Source: Cyanidioschyzon merolae (lineage: Eukaryota). Taken from it: a stretch of 64,000 nt of DNA. Position 1 is the stretch's first letter; every line of letters begins with the position of its first letter. Of the stretch, positions 11,641 to 22,474 are shown in pieces. Under the pieces are notes generated by a model. That model was not told the DNA's origin, searched no databases, and saw only the letters and a program-made list of their open reading frames with translations. The stretch lies in assembly GCA_000091205.1 (NCBI GenBank), contig AP006500.2. One strand, 5' to 3'. A program made the position numbers and the translations under genes.

Positions 11641-12624
11641 AGCGCATCTGATTTGTCGCACAGACCCAATACCTTTAACGGAAAGGTTCCAAACTGAATG
11701 GCAACGTGTAGCTCCAGGTCATCTGCTCTCCATGCGATGAGCGTGGTGGAGCACTCAGCCAGGGCGCGAAACTGCCCTCGATGGGCTCGGTACGCCCATT
11801 CGGGCAGCGGGGAACGTACCGCGAACAGCAGCTGACATGTTGCATTGATCCCATTGACCAACTGGAAAATCCTACTGCAGCCGTCTCTACTGACGTCCAT
11901 GCAATCATCCGTCGTGAACGGTCGCTCCGCGGGTCATGTCGAGCGTGCGCACACAAGCGATGCAGCCTGCGAAATCTCAGCAGTCTTCCACCCTGGTATT
12001 TGCCCATGTGACAGTATTACCTGGACTGGAAATCATTGGTGTGCGCTTTCCAAGGCGTCGTTCCCGCATGCACGACCGGAAGCTTTAGACACCTACGCGA
12101 ACAGCTCTTCGAAACGGGAATGCGAACGAAGCGCTTTCCTCGTAGCACATCGTTTAAACTGCAGACCCGATGATTCAAAACGGATCTCCGCGGGATGTGC
12201 GAATGCTACGCGTGACCCGGGTGGAAACCGCGGCTCTGCGTGCACCACCTACCTCCAACTTGTAGTTATTCGTCGGCACCGCGTGCCAGCAGTGATGCCT
12301 CAGAGGTGAACCGACCGAACCGACCGGTTGCTCCTTGGGCAGGACCCTTCATCATGGGCAGTGGTGAAAGCGCCCGTCCACCAACCCAGTTCTGCGAAAC
12401 ATATTATCGCACTTTGGATCGTAGAGGCCGTAGCACTGCGGCGGTCGCCAATGCTCATCGCTGGACCACTCAGTACAATGGATTGCTCAGCTGCAACCGG
12501 TTGATCGCAGCGCTTCGCGGGTGACACACTCCAGCGCCACATCGCACATGAGCGCACATGCTTGTACAAGGAGCCTATTGCGAGCATCTATTGGCCGCAA
12601 TTCCGCGGTAACCAGAACTGCGCT

Positions 12625-15039
12625 CTAGTCCGAAGCGCTGTCCCGGAAAAGGTACCGCGCGAATAGTTCTAAACCGCCGTCGCTCCGACCGGCCTCACCA
12701 CGAACCTCCCGGTCGAAATACGGCACAACGATGAGAGGACTAACACCGCTTCGACGCGTTTGCGAGGGTAGTGCCTGCTGTAAACGTTCAGTCTGCTGAC
12801 CGTGTTCCCGAACAAGCCGATGCACAAAGCGCTCCAAGTCTCGTAGCGTTGGTGGTACAACCTGATTGATCACGAGACGATGCGACGCAATACGCTGTCT
12901 TGCAAGTGCTTGTGCCAAGCGCTCTGTTTCCACAACGTTCAGATAGGTAGGCCGCGTAACTAGAACGACTTCGCTTCGTTCCGGATCGTGAAGAAGATCC
13001 CTCAGCTCCATAAGCTGTTCCCGAAATCGACTCAAGCGTTGGGCCGGGGTCAGCTCAGGTTCAGTACGATCGCTGCGTCCACCGAGACCCGAAAAGAACT
13101 GCGTGATACCATCTAGCTTCGATTTGAGGCGGAGGATCCTCCCGAGCAGACCATCCAGAAAGTCCGGAAACGCAAGCAGGCGCAGTGTGTGCCCAGTCGG
13201 CGCAGTATCGATCACAATATGGTCATACTCGGATGATATCAGGTTCACGACGCGAGAGAGCGCCACGAGCTCATCGATGCCTGGAGGCAGCGCGTCAAAC
13301 AGGTTCCCCAGATCACCAATGTCCAGATCCAGACCCAAAATCTTCGCGGAACGGAGCGATTCTAGCGTTTCCCGAAATTCGATCAGCGCTCGTTCCGCAT
13401 CGACTTCCAGGATGGAAAGATTTTCAGCGATCAGTGTCACATCATTCAGGTAGGAGCCGGACGGTGCTTTCACGTCGAATAAGTCGCCCAGAGAATGGGC
13501 CGGATCCGTTGAGACCACGATAGTGCGTTGCCCGGTATCGGCAAGGTGCACGCCGATGGCTCCCGCTGTCGTGGTCTTTCCACAGCCGCCTTTAGCAGCG
13601 GTGAGGACCACTTTGCGCAGGCGCGGCTTCTCATCAGACCACAATGGCGACAGACAGGCAGCGAAGGCGCGAGCACCATACACTGTGCGAATCTCCGTAT
13701 CGAAAATAGGGACCTGAACGATATCGTATCCATGCGTAGCACCGAGTCGTTGGTGCAAGCGTTCAAGAAACTCCTGCTGCGCGCTTTGCATCGAGTGTAT
13801 GTACGCGCCCTTCGCGGATGGTTGCAGCACCATGTTCACGATGACAGCAGAGACCGATAAGCTCCTCTTGTGAGTTAATTCATCGATCAATCGAAGCGAC
13901 TCTCGGACGGCTAGCTCTGTCGCAATGGTCACCACAACGATTTCCGTGGATTTCTCGTCACGGAGCAGGGATCCGAGTTGCTGCATTCGCTGCTGAAATG
14001 TACCAATTTTGGAGGCGGCCTCCTCCCATTGCTTTCTATTCACCGAACCAGAGACTGTATTCAAGATCACACCCAGCTTACCCCTGAGTTGCAAGAGCTT
14101 GCCCAGAAAGGAATCCAGAAAATCGGGAAACGATAGCAATCGGAGCGTGTGCCCGCTGGGTGCCGTATCGATAACCACCCGATCATAGCGTTCCAGTAGG
14201 TCCAAAATAAGCGAGAGCGCAACAAACTCATCAGCCCCGGGAGGTACGGTATCCAAAAGCTCTTGCACATCTGCCAACCCCAACTTGTTTAAATCGATCA
14301 GACGCTGCGTCGAAATGAGGGCCTTGAACTCCTCCGCAGCAGCAGTAATATCGATTTCCAGTGCGTCCAGGTTTGGTGCTACGCGTTGCACTTGGCCACG
14401 CACGCTTGAGCGCCCCTGTGAAGCTGGCTCGATCAGCACCAGTTCATCGAGCGACGCCGCCTCCGTGCCAAGGTCAACACCGAGCGCATCACCGAGCGAG
14501 TGTGCCGGGTCCGTAGACACAACCAGCGTGCGTAGACCGGCTGATGCGAGTCGATGCGCTACGGCAGCGGAAGTGGTCGTTTTCCCGGTCCCGCCTTTGC
14601 CAGTGAAGAGACATATGCGCGTGGTGGTGTCTGTTCGCAACAGGTGTGCGAGCGGAGACTCGGACACGTCGAGCGCGTTTGCAAGCGAGCTGCACGAAAC
14701 TTGTTCACGTCCTGCATGGGCGACTCGCTCGCGCCCCGATCTCGACTCGTTATTCTGTTTCCTGGTGAGCGTTTTTCGGGTGAGAGCCGCACCCGGGAAC
14801 CCACGTGTCCGTAGCCAAGTCCGCGCCTCACCGCTCGGCAGCGCTTCTGTTACAACGAGTGCATTCGTCCGGAGCGCCCAACCCCGTGAAAGCGTCCAGT
14901 GTCCCGCGTCGACTCGAGCAACGCACAGCACAGCCTGTTGCGTACCCGCCAGCCGAGTTGAGCGTAATAGAACCTGGTCGTTCAGGGCTGCAACCGGAAT
15001 CGAGAGGCCAACAAAGCCCGGCAATCGCTGGTGTTCCAT
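12625..15039 (-). CDS. Two-domain ArsA/GET3-family ATPase (duplicated deviant Walker-A ATPase) with a long N-terminal extension
   Basis: Two homologous halves, each with a GKGG(T/C)GKTT P-loop and a VVSTDPAHSLGD motif. The ORF track starts at a GTG at 15132; the first ATG was verified at 15039. The mature ATPase is preceded by an extension of about 150-180 aa. Confidence 0.9.
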   Translation of the reverse strand: MEHQRLPGFVGLSIPVAALNDQVLLRSTRLAGTQQAVLCVARVDAGHWTLSRGWALRTNALVVTEALPSGEARTWLRTRGFPGAALTRKTLTRKQNNESRSGRERVAHAGREQVSCSSLANALDVSESPLAHLLRTDTTTRICLFTGKGGTGKTTTSAAVAHRLASAGLRTLVVSTDPAHSLGDALGVDLGTEAASLDELVLIEPASQGRSSVRGQVQRVAPNLDALEIDITAAAEEFKALISTQRLIDLNKLGLADVQELLDTVPPGADEFVALSLILDLLERYDRVVIDTAPSGHTLRLLSFPDFLDSFLGKLLQLRGKLGVILNTVSGSVNRKQWEEAASKIGTFQQRMQQLGSLLRDEKSTEIVVVTIATELAVRESLRLIDELTHKRSLSVSAVIVNMVLQPSAKGAYIHSMQSAQQEFLERLHQRLGATHGYDIVQVPIFDTEIRTVYGARAFAACLSPLWSDEKPRLRKVVLTAAKGGCGKTTTAGAIGVHLADTGQRTIVVSTDPAHSLGDLFDVKAPSGSYLNDVTLIAENLSILEVDAERALIEFRETLESLRSAKILGLDLDIGDLGNLFDALPPGIDELVALSRVVNLISSEYDHIVIDTAPTGHTLRLLAFPDFLDGLLGRILRLKSKLDGITQFFSGLGGRSDRTEPELTPAQRLSRFREQLMELRDLLHDPERSEVVLVTRPTYLNVVETERLAQALARQRIASHRLVINQVVPPTLRDLERFVHRLVREHGQQTERLQQALPSQTRRSGVSPLIVVPYFDREVRGEAGRSDGGLELFARYLFRDSASD

Positions 15040-16457
15040 AGTCGCGCCCACGTTGACAGGAACACGAGAGAGAAGCGGATCACTGGCGAATGACCGCTGA
15101 GTCCAGACCGAATGCGGTTGAAGAGCTAGCACAGGTAGTGATAACTGGGAAACGCGTTATGACATGGACCGCTACCCTTCGACAACCGCGTTTCACACCA
15201 CCAGCACAAGCACCAGGAAGAGGAATGATGAACGTGGCGTCTGAATGTGTTGCCCCGCTGATCCCACACGCCCCAGAGCAACTCCATTGCTCGGGAATGC
15301 AAGCGACGCCTGCAAAAAGGTAGGGCGGAATCACCCTTTCAAGACGGAAGCAGGATTCATAGTAACCGTTGTGTGTGAGATACGTAAAGCCTTATCTGAA
15401 GCTTCACGTGGCAAAAGCGACCTTGCAAGCCGGTACGCAGGCAGGAAACAGAACTCGAAGCGGCAGGTGCCGGATGGTCCCAACTATGAGGCGGCGTGCG
15501 CCACCGGAGACTTTAGCAGACCAGGAAGCGTCCGCAGTGGGCCTCAAAGCTCGCTGGATTGTCGGGTCGTTCAAGCATCTGTTCACTGGGAGAGGCCTAG
15601 ACTGGTAAGGGTGCTGGGCGGAGGCGCCGAAGCAGGAGCTGAGGTCTTTGCCCTGGTCACCAGCAATATTCTCGCAACCAAGGTGTCGGGGCTGCTATCC
15701 CACGACTCTAGACTGTACACAAATCAACTGTTCAGTATCGGTGAGGGTTGTCACCGCCAGCGCCAAGCACATGGTGACTGGCGCTCGGCCCTCTCTTCCG
15801 TGACGAGCGTGCTATCGACGTTATGGGTTGCCCGCAGGGTATGTAGGCGCGCTCGCTGGCATGATGCACGTTTCCCTGGTTGCATTTCCTCGATTAGACG
15901 GTGTCAAGGTCTGTATCGCCGCATGCTATCCACGTCGAGTCGTCATGGAACGCGCAGAACTGAGCCAGTCTACCTTTGCGACGATATGGAAATTTGCGCT
16001 GCATGAAAAGCATGAGATCGGGTGCAGGCTGGTAGTGGTTACCAGACTCTGGGATTACTTTCCTAGCGACAGAAACGAAACCTCAAGCGCCATTGCAGCA
16101 CGCCCGACAGGAGTCTTTACACGGCACAACCCGGAAACCAAGTATCTACGGAATGCGCAAGATCGCAAGCCAACCTAGAACGCATCGAGACACTTATTGA
16201 CACGGGGACAATCCAAGAGCCATGCGAACAAGGCAAATGCGAGTTTGCAGTTGTACTTGAGCACGTTCCCGAAGGCATCTGCTAATGCACTGCAGGGTTG
16301 TTCTGGTCGTTCGTAAACACGGACACGTCCCGTATGGAATGCTTCGTTCCCGGGGGCACCGCATATGCGAATCGATAACCCGGAAAGCACAGCATGTACA
16401 TGACTCCGTGGTGCCTCAGCGGTCCAGTGCACTCAAACCAGACGAGCTGCAGTGGCG

Positions 16458-16904
16458 TCATCGTTCCGTCTTGAGCTTGAACCCTGTTGAGCAGAGCGCC
16501 TCGTAGAAAGCACGAATCTTCCCGTGAAACCGCCCCGGTTGCGACCATTGCGCCTGACGGATACCAGCTGCGCACGCCCGCTTACCCAGCACAAGGCCTA
16601 CGCGGCGGGCAGCCTCCGTGGACGCGGACTGATAGCCCACGAGCTCCGCCTGCGCACACTCGCCCGATACCGTTTCTGAAGAGGTTTCCGATGCCAGCTC
16701 GGGCGCATTCCCGAGACGAATAGGCTCTTGCAAGCTCGAAGCCTCTGCGTCAACCGTTCCTTTCCGCCAGTTTACGACCTGAGCCTTGACGTGTCTCGAC
16801 GTCAGCGTAAGGATAACTCGGTGCGGCAGGGCCTCCCAGTGGCGCACGCGTTTCGCAAACCCCCGCGCCTGGTACCAGAGTTTCCCCGATCGCTGTGTGC
16901 TCAT
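16458..16904 (-). CDS. Bacterial-type (organellar) ribosomal protein uL18
   Basis: ...RFAKRVRHWEALPHRVILTLTSRHVKAQVV....AARRVGLVLGKRACAAGIRQAQWSQPGRFHGKIRAFYEALCSTGFKL is colinear with bacterial L18 (RLRRH.RVR..RPRLSVFRSNKHIYAQVI … AA..VGK.IAERA.EKGI..VVFDRGGY.YHGRVKALADAAREAGL.F). ATG verified at 16904; an upstream TTG start is possible. Confidence 0.6.
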   Translation of the reverse strand: MSTQRSGKLWYQARGFAKRVRHWEALPHRVILTLTSRHVKAQVVNWRKGTVDAEASSLQEPIRLGNAPELASETSSETVSGECAQAELVGYQSASTEAARRVGLVLGKRACAAGIRQAQWSQPGRFHGKIRAFYEALCSTGFKLKTER

Positions 16905-17033
16905 AACATTGCCAAATCTATATATACTGTGGAAAGTCCAATAAGTTGTACCAAAACCGGTCGATTCCAACGTAAACCAAAGACTGCAAAGTTATGGCGC
17001 CTGCACCGGCATGAGAGCAAATAGTTGTACTCT

Positions 17034-17036
17034 ACG

Positions 17037-17079
<43 letters not shown>
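17034..17079. repeat. (GCGT)n microsatellite, about 11 units, alternating purine-pyrimidine
   Basis: gtgcgtgcgtgcgtgc... seen directly. It lies 130-175 bp upstream of the uL18 start on the gene's 5' side. Confidence 0.95.
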
Positions 17080-17649
17080 TTTCCGACACGCATGTTTGCG
17101 TGCGCGGTCGTCGTGTCCACCACAGCAGATTCCATACCAAAGCTGAGAGCGGCGTTTGGAGCGAGCGTTCCCGTATCTGCATCATTTTCGCGGTTGCTCA
17201 GTTTTGAGATCGATTATCCTGTTTTTACGGAAACCTGGATGCATGATTTGTTTGGCACTCCACGGGATTTCGCAAGAGCGAAACCATGTTGGTGCTTACA
17301 GGTGCAGGCGCGTTCCGCAAGCATCGTATACGCTTCATGGAGCTGGCACGCAGCTCTGCAAGCCGGCATCGATCCGTTGAGTTCCAATATTGTCGCATGG
17401 ACTGCAACTCATACACAAACAGCTGGGCGAAATGCATTCCGTGAAAAATGGGCACCTCGGGCATCTCGCCGCATGCGCAGCGCTCGTGTCACTCGACTCG
17501 CACGCATCACGCTGCAGCGTCGCCGAGGCATAGTCGCGGATGCCGGCAGCTGCTCTTGTAACGCAGATGTATCGATTGTTTGGGGCTTGAGATTTCCTGG
17601 GAAAAAATGCACCGCTGATTCCATGGGAACCACGCATGCCCATAGCGTC

Positions 17650-18474
17650 CTATCGAAGCGCTTCAGCGTCGGGATTCTGCAGCGATCCAAAGAGCAAGAG
17701 ATCATCGTCGGGAGCGCGGATCAGATCACAGTGCAGACAGATGATGCGACGTGCTCCCGCAACTCGATCAGCGCACACGGCCTCTGGCTTCGGAAGCGCG
17801 CGGTCATCCGGAACATCGAGCGCTCTGTCCCAGACAAGAACTGTGCCCTTCCTGTGCACCTGCGGTAAATTGTTGTAGTTGACACCTCGTTGCCACATAA
17901 TTTCATTCTTCATTCCTGTATCCGTGCCGCGAAGCGTCTTGTGTGCGTCGTCGAGGGAGAGCTTGTCCTTCTGCACCAACAGCCAAAACGCAGTATTATA
18001 TTGGCAGTTCACATGGCAGTCTACCTGACGCCAGGCCAGGTAATCACGCACGTGTCGGAAGCTGGGCAGAACGACAAGCCTCGCGTCGAAACTCGGTGTG
18101 TCGCGCAGCGGTGTCGACCCGCCCAGGTGGCCAGCCCAGCCGCACACGAACGCGCTGGTAAACAGTGAGACAGTCACCGAGAGCAACTTGCTCGTGCGCC
18201 GTCCGAAAATTGTTGCGTCTCGGCGGAATATGAAGCTGTACTCATCACTGTGACCGTATGCAATTCCGACCTGTCCGGAGAAGGCCTGCATAACGTGGCC
18301 GGCTGTCTCGTTCAAAAGCGTGACGAGGCGCTCATCAACCGGTTTCTCTAGGCCGTGGCGTTCGGCGAACTTGCGGAATACGCGACCGTCCACGCGAACT
18401 GCAAAGAAGACGTCCGGAATGATTTCGTCGCGGGACTCGAATGCTTTTATGTACTCGTACTTCGAGTTCGCCAT
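17650..18474 (-). CDS. THG1: tRNA(His) guanylyltransferase (Thg1 family)
   Basis: MANSKYEYIKAFE..DEIIPDVFFAVRVDGRVFRKFAERHGLEKPVDERLVTLLNETAGHVMQAF..IAYGHSDEYSFIFRR..IFGRRTSKLLSVTVSLFTSAFV tracks the Thg1 N-terminal catalytic domain (MAKSKFEYV..FE…RIDG..FH.F…KPND…AYGQSDEYSF). ATG verified at 18474. Confidence 0.8.
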   Translation of the reverse strand: MANSKYEYIKAFESRDEIIPDVFFAVRVDGRVFRKFAERHGLEKPVDERLVTLLNETAGHVMQAFSGQVGIAYGHSDEYSFIFRRDATIFGRRTSKLLSVTVSLFTSAFVCGWAGHLGGSTPLRDTPSFDARLVVLPSFRHVRDYLAWRQVDCHVNCQYNTAFWLLVQKDKLSLDDAHKTLRGTDTGMKNEIMWQRGVNYNNLPQVHRKGTVLVWDRALDVPDDRALPKPEAVCADRVAGARRIICLHCDLIRAPDDDLLLFGSLQNPDAEALR

Positions 18475-19051
18475 CGGGCCGTTCGCGGCGGCTTCGGCGT
18501 CGGGCAAGGTGCCCAAACGCCTGCACCTTGTACCCGCCCCAAGTCGAGGAGTCGCAGTCGGGCACTACGCCCGTGTCAGACGAAATTGGAACTTTGGGCG
18601 GCTCGTCCCGATTGTGGCGACGATTTTTCCGAACTTGTGTTCGATGTACTGCCTTCATCATTCGGGGTGCAGCGATGCAGACGTGCCGATGTACACGACG
18701 TTTTCGGATATTGGGTCGTTGTTTCGGAGTGGCTCCGTTGACAATTTGCTGGTGGAATTCGTTGCGTTACTGGAATCAGAATGATGTGCTACGCCCTCGA
18801 GCAAGTATTCGTGAAATCACCGAGATCATCTTCGCAATTCATGTGGAGAAGCCTCCACTCTTCTCCTTTTTACGTGTATCATGTTTAAATCATGAATTCT
18901 CCAATTTTTCGATCTTTTTGGATCAAGGCAAATCGCGGACGCAGCAATTCGCGCTGCCAGATCGGCGGGGCCAAAAATCGACGCCGGCCCGTGACGACTT
19001 GTTCATGAGCGCATACCAGAAGTTCACGAAGAATCAAGTCAAATAATCGAA

Positions 19052-19741
19052 TTGGTTCGAAAGATAAGTCCTTCCCTGATTGTGGTCATCGACGAAACAG
19101 CATTCCACAGCAGCGCGATACCTCTGAGGGCATATTCTCCCAGAGGCTCCCGTCTCTGCCGCATGCATCGAAAAGGGTCCGGTGCACGGGCTGCAGTCAT
19201 CGCAGCGATACGCTTCCAGATGAGAGCGCACCACCGCTCTGCGCAGAGAGAGCGTCGAAGAATCGACATTGCTCGAATTGCGCTCCAGCGTGGATATTCT
19301 TTCCGGTGCCTGTTTCATCATGTACATGACAGCGTCCCACAAAACCCGTATGGAATGGAACAGCGTGCGCGTGAGCGTGCATCGGACAGCGTACTCGCCA
19401 CGGGGATTCTCCAGAGAATACCCGTGATCATCAGGAACAGCAGCATGCGGGGAAACGGTGGAGGGCATCGAGGTGAGCTTTTCTGCACCCGCCAAGGGCA
19501 AGCACTGAGCGATGAAGCACGTCTCGCGCGCCACAGCGCGGCGCTCGGAAGCGACATGGTTGGTATATTGGAAAACGTAACCACAGCCATACGTTTCAAG
19601 TTTGAAGTGCGCACCGAGACTCTACACACCGTAAGCGAAATGGCAATCGAAGCGTCAATTGCTGATTCTGCCTGTACCGGAAATACATCCACTACAACCG
19701 GAAGCAGCGAAATCTGGACTCAAACGCTGTCATCAACGTAA
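19052..19741 (+). mobile_element. Decayed Tc1/mariner (IS630-superfamily)-like DDE transposase relic
   Basis: ...SLIVVIDETAFHSSAIPLRAYSPRGSRLCRMHRKGSGARAAVIAAIRFQ... matches the Tc1 DDE core pattern (vfiDEsgf…rgy..rG.r……g.r.sviaAi). No intact full-length ORF or terminal inverted repeats were identified. Confidence 0.5.
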
Positions 19742-20154
19742 TGCTTCTGCTGCTGACTACGGTGCTGGAGGGAAAGGAGAGACCGGCACATTCAAAGTCG
19801 GAGATGAGAGACAGGAAATGGAAGCAGTCGTAGAAAAACGCGCAAAAACTTTTGCTGATGGCAAAGGGCAGAAACGAGAGCTTGAAGGCGTATGCGCGTC
19901 TTCATAAGCATGTCCAATTTTATGGTAACATGGGTGTATCGGAGGCTCGAGTCGGCAGTGGACGCATGGCTGTCCCAGAAATCACTTTTGTCCATATTGT
20001 ATCTATTATATCGAATTTTATCCAAAATGGATCGCACACGGCGAGCGGCGTCGCCATCGTCCAGCTCCGGCTGCAACACTTGGATGTTCTTACTACCCCT
20101 CTAGGCTTCAAAGGTTTGCTGCAAGGGCTGCTTTCTGGGAGACGCTGACGCATC

Positions 20155-20925
20155 ATGGGTCGCGTCATTCGTGGACAGCGTCGCGGTGCGGGCGGCATAT
20201 TCAAAGCTCACACATCGAAGAGAAAAGGGCCAGTAAAGCTTCGCCCCGTGGACTTTGCTGAGCGCAACGGTTACATTCGGGGGCTCGTTACCGCCATCGA
20301 ACACGACCCGGGACGCGGCGCGCCCGTCGCGATCGTTGAGTTCCAAGACCCGTACCGCTACAAGAAAAGGAAGGAACGCATCTTGGCTGTCGAGGGCATG
20401 TACACGGGCATGTCCGTGTACTTTGGTAAAAAAGCGGTCCTCGCTGTAGGAAACACGCTTCCACTCTCCTCTATGCCGGAAGGTACCATTGTGTGCAACC
20501 TCGAGACAAAGGAAGGCGACCGAGGCACGCTTGCCAGAGCCTCCGGCATGTACGCTGTTGTGGTGAACCATCTAGAAAACGGAAAGACTCGTGTACGTCT
20601 ACCGAGCGGCGCTCGCCGACTAGTATCGAGCTCGTGCAGGGCGACAGTTGGAGTTGTTGCAGGTGGCGGCCGAACAGCGAAACCCATCCTCAAAGCTGGC
20701 CGCGCATACTACAAATACAAAGCGAAGCGCAACGAATGGCCGCGAGTACGTGGCGTAGCTATGAACCCTGTGGACCACCCGCACGGTGGTGGTAATCATC
20801 AACATGTGGGCCATCCAACGACTGTTGCCAGGGGAAGTGTTCCCGGTCAGAAAGTTGGTCTCATTGCAGCCCGTCGTACTGGCCGCATCAGCGGTACACG
20901 TGAAACGCGCGTCAAGGAAGAGTAA
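20155..20925 (+). CDS. RPL8: 60S ribosomal protein uL2 (RPL8/L2)
   Basis: [20 protein letters not shown]....[24 protein letters not shown] is essentially colinear with eukaryotic RPL8. Single exon; ATG verified at 20155. Confidence 0.95.
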   Translation: MGRVIRGQRRGAGGIFKAHTSKRKGPVKLRPVDFAERNGYIRGLVTAIEHDPGRGAPVAIVEFQDPYRYKKRKERILAVEGMYTGMSVYFGKKAVLAVGNTLPLSSMPEGTIVCNLETKEGDRGTLARASGMYAVVVNHLENGKTRVRLPSGARRLVSSSCRATVGVVAGGGRTAKPILKAGRAYYKYKAKRNEWPRVRGVAMNPVDHPHGGGNHQHVGHPTTVARGSVPGQKVGLIAARRTGRISGTRETRVKEE

Positions 20926-21355
20926 ACTTATCGCGTCCATTTTCCTAAAACAGACGACAAAGACGCTGAGAATTGTCCACGGGGGTCGAGCGATCACTTC
21001 CGCCGACCTTCGTTCGCGCGGCTGAACGATTCAGGCTGCCACATACGCACCAACTCGAAATCTGGGGTTCCGGTCTGAGACTCTGGCAGACCTTGCTCGA
21101 GTCGATGGGCTTTCGAGCTTTGTGCAAGCGAGGATCACTGGTCAGTTGGTATTGGTGTTGGTCATGGTCATGGTAATAGAGACGCGAGTGGCGCTTATGC
21201 GGATGCCCCGATATCAGAAAACACCATAGTACCATTCGGTACTTGAGCGTGCTTGAACCACGCTTCCCATCAGCAAACGGTGAGACTATTAGCGCGCTGC
21301 CCTTGTCGTTATGGGGAAACATTGCGGATGCTGCTCCCGGAACGTCATGGGATGC

Positions 21356-22474
21356 TCATCCTCCGATGGCGGTCATGGGACGATCGTTTTCGGTTCGCCT
21401 TGGAAGATCCCGCAGCGGATCACGTGCACCGCCATGTGCAAAGGCCTTGCGAGCGACAGCAGCATCGATCACTGCGTCGAGTTCCTGCCAGTCACCCCGC
21501 TGAATCAGATGCCGCAAACCGTATTCTGTTCGTCCAAAGAGACATGTTCGAAGATGCCCCGTTGCTGTCACGCGCAAACGATTGCAACCCGCGCAAAAGT
21601 GATTGCTCATTGAGGTAATGAAGCCCACTCGGAGCGCGGAGTCGCCGTCACCTCGATAAGCCCAGTATTTCGTCGTATCATGGGGATCGAGCGAGCGCTG
21701 CACCTGTTCCCGGGATTCGGGCTCGAATCGACCGCGGAGACGTTGGAGCATTTCGGCGTAGGGGACGAAGCGGTTTGATTCCCAGCCGTTGCCGCTAAAG
21801 GGCATGAACTCAATAAAGCGCACCGCCTGTAGCCGTCCGGGACGCAAAACGGTTTCCATACTCGCAAAGTATTCGCAGAAATCCAGTAACTCGTCATCAT
21901 TGATACCTCGCATGACAACGCAGTTCACCTTGACGTCTAGTCCCGCCTGAACGGCTCGGCGGATAGCTCGTAGGACTCGTGGGAGAAAAATTTCTCCAGA
22001 CCGACGAGTTAAAATTGTGAACCGCTCTGGCCGCAGTGTATCGAGCGATATGTTTACTGAGCGCATGCCACAACGCTGCAGAGTCGGCAGGTGTCGCTCC
22101 AGCAGCACCGCATTCGTCGTCATAGAGAGCGCTACCACAGGACTGCCGCCCGAACCAGTTCCCACGGCAGCATTCGTCGAAGATGCTGCACTCAGCGGTG
22201 CGAGTGCGTCCAACACCTGCTCTACGTCCTTGCGGACGAGCGGCTCGCCACCGGTCAGCCGCAGCTTGCGTATCCCTCGTTGCCGGACCAGGTGCTCCGC
22301 AAGAGCTGCTATCTCTGAAGCGGTAAGACACTCCGCCGAAGGTGCCAGGTTCGGCACACCCGTTGCTGGCATACAGTACTGACAGCGAAGATTGCATCTC
22401 TCTGTCAGTGATAATCGCAGGTAGTTGTGAACGCGGCCGAATGAGTCCGTTATAGGTCGCATGACAAGTGACAT
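21356..22474 (-). CDS. MOCS1: GTP 3',8-cyclase, molybdenum cofactor biosynthesis (MoaA / MOCS1A type, radical SAM), with no MoaC fusion
   Basis: YLRLSLTERCNLRCQYCMP (CxxxCxxC radical-SAM motif), a GGEPL-type region, and a C-terminal ...AIGG double glycine typical of MOCS1A. In-frame ATGs were verified at 22474 and 22462; the track starts at a GTG at 22507. Confidence 0.88.
   Translation of the reverse strand: MSLVMRPITDSFGRVHNYLRLSLTERCNLRCQYCMPATGVPNLAPSAECLTASEIAALAEHLVRQRGIRKLRLTGGEPLVRKDVEQVLDALAPLSAASSTNAAVGTGSGGSPVVALSMTTNAVLLERHLPTLQRCGMRSVNISLDTLRPERFTILTRRSGEIFLPRVLRAIRRAVQAGLDVKVNCVVMRGINDDELLDFCEYFASMETVLRPGRLQAVRFIEFMPFSGNGWESNRFVPYAEMLQRLRGRFEPESREQVQRSLDPHDTTKYWAYRGDGDSALRVGFITSMSNHFCAGCNRLRVTATGHLRTCLFGRTEYGLRHLIQRGDWQELDAVIDAAVARKAFAHGGARDPLRDLPRRTENDRPMTAIGG

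Noticed and set aside
14285-15100. A 271-aa plus-strand ORF inside the ArsA gene, and similar antisense ORFs inside ABCG, DnaJ, HOP, WD40 and the flippase
   Set aside because: These are shadow ORFs opposite well-supported genes and carry no recognisable motifs.
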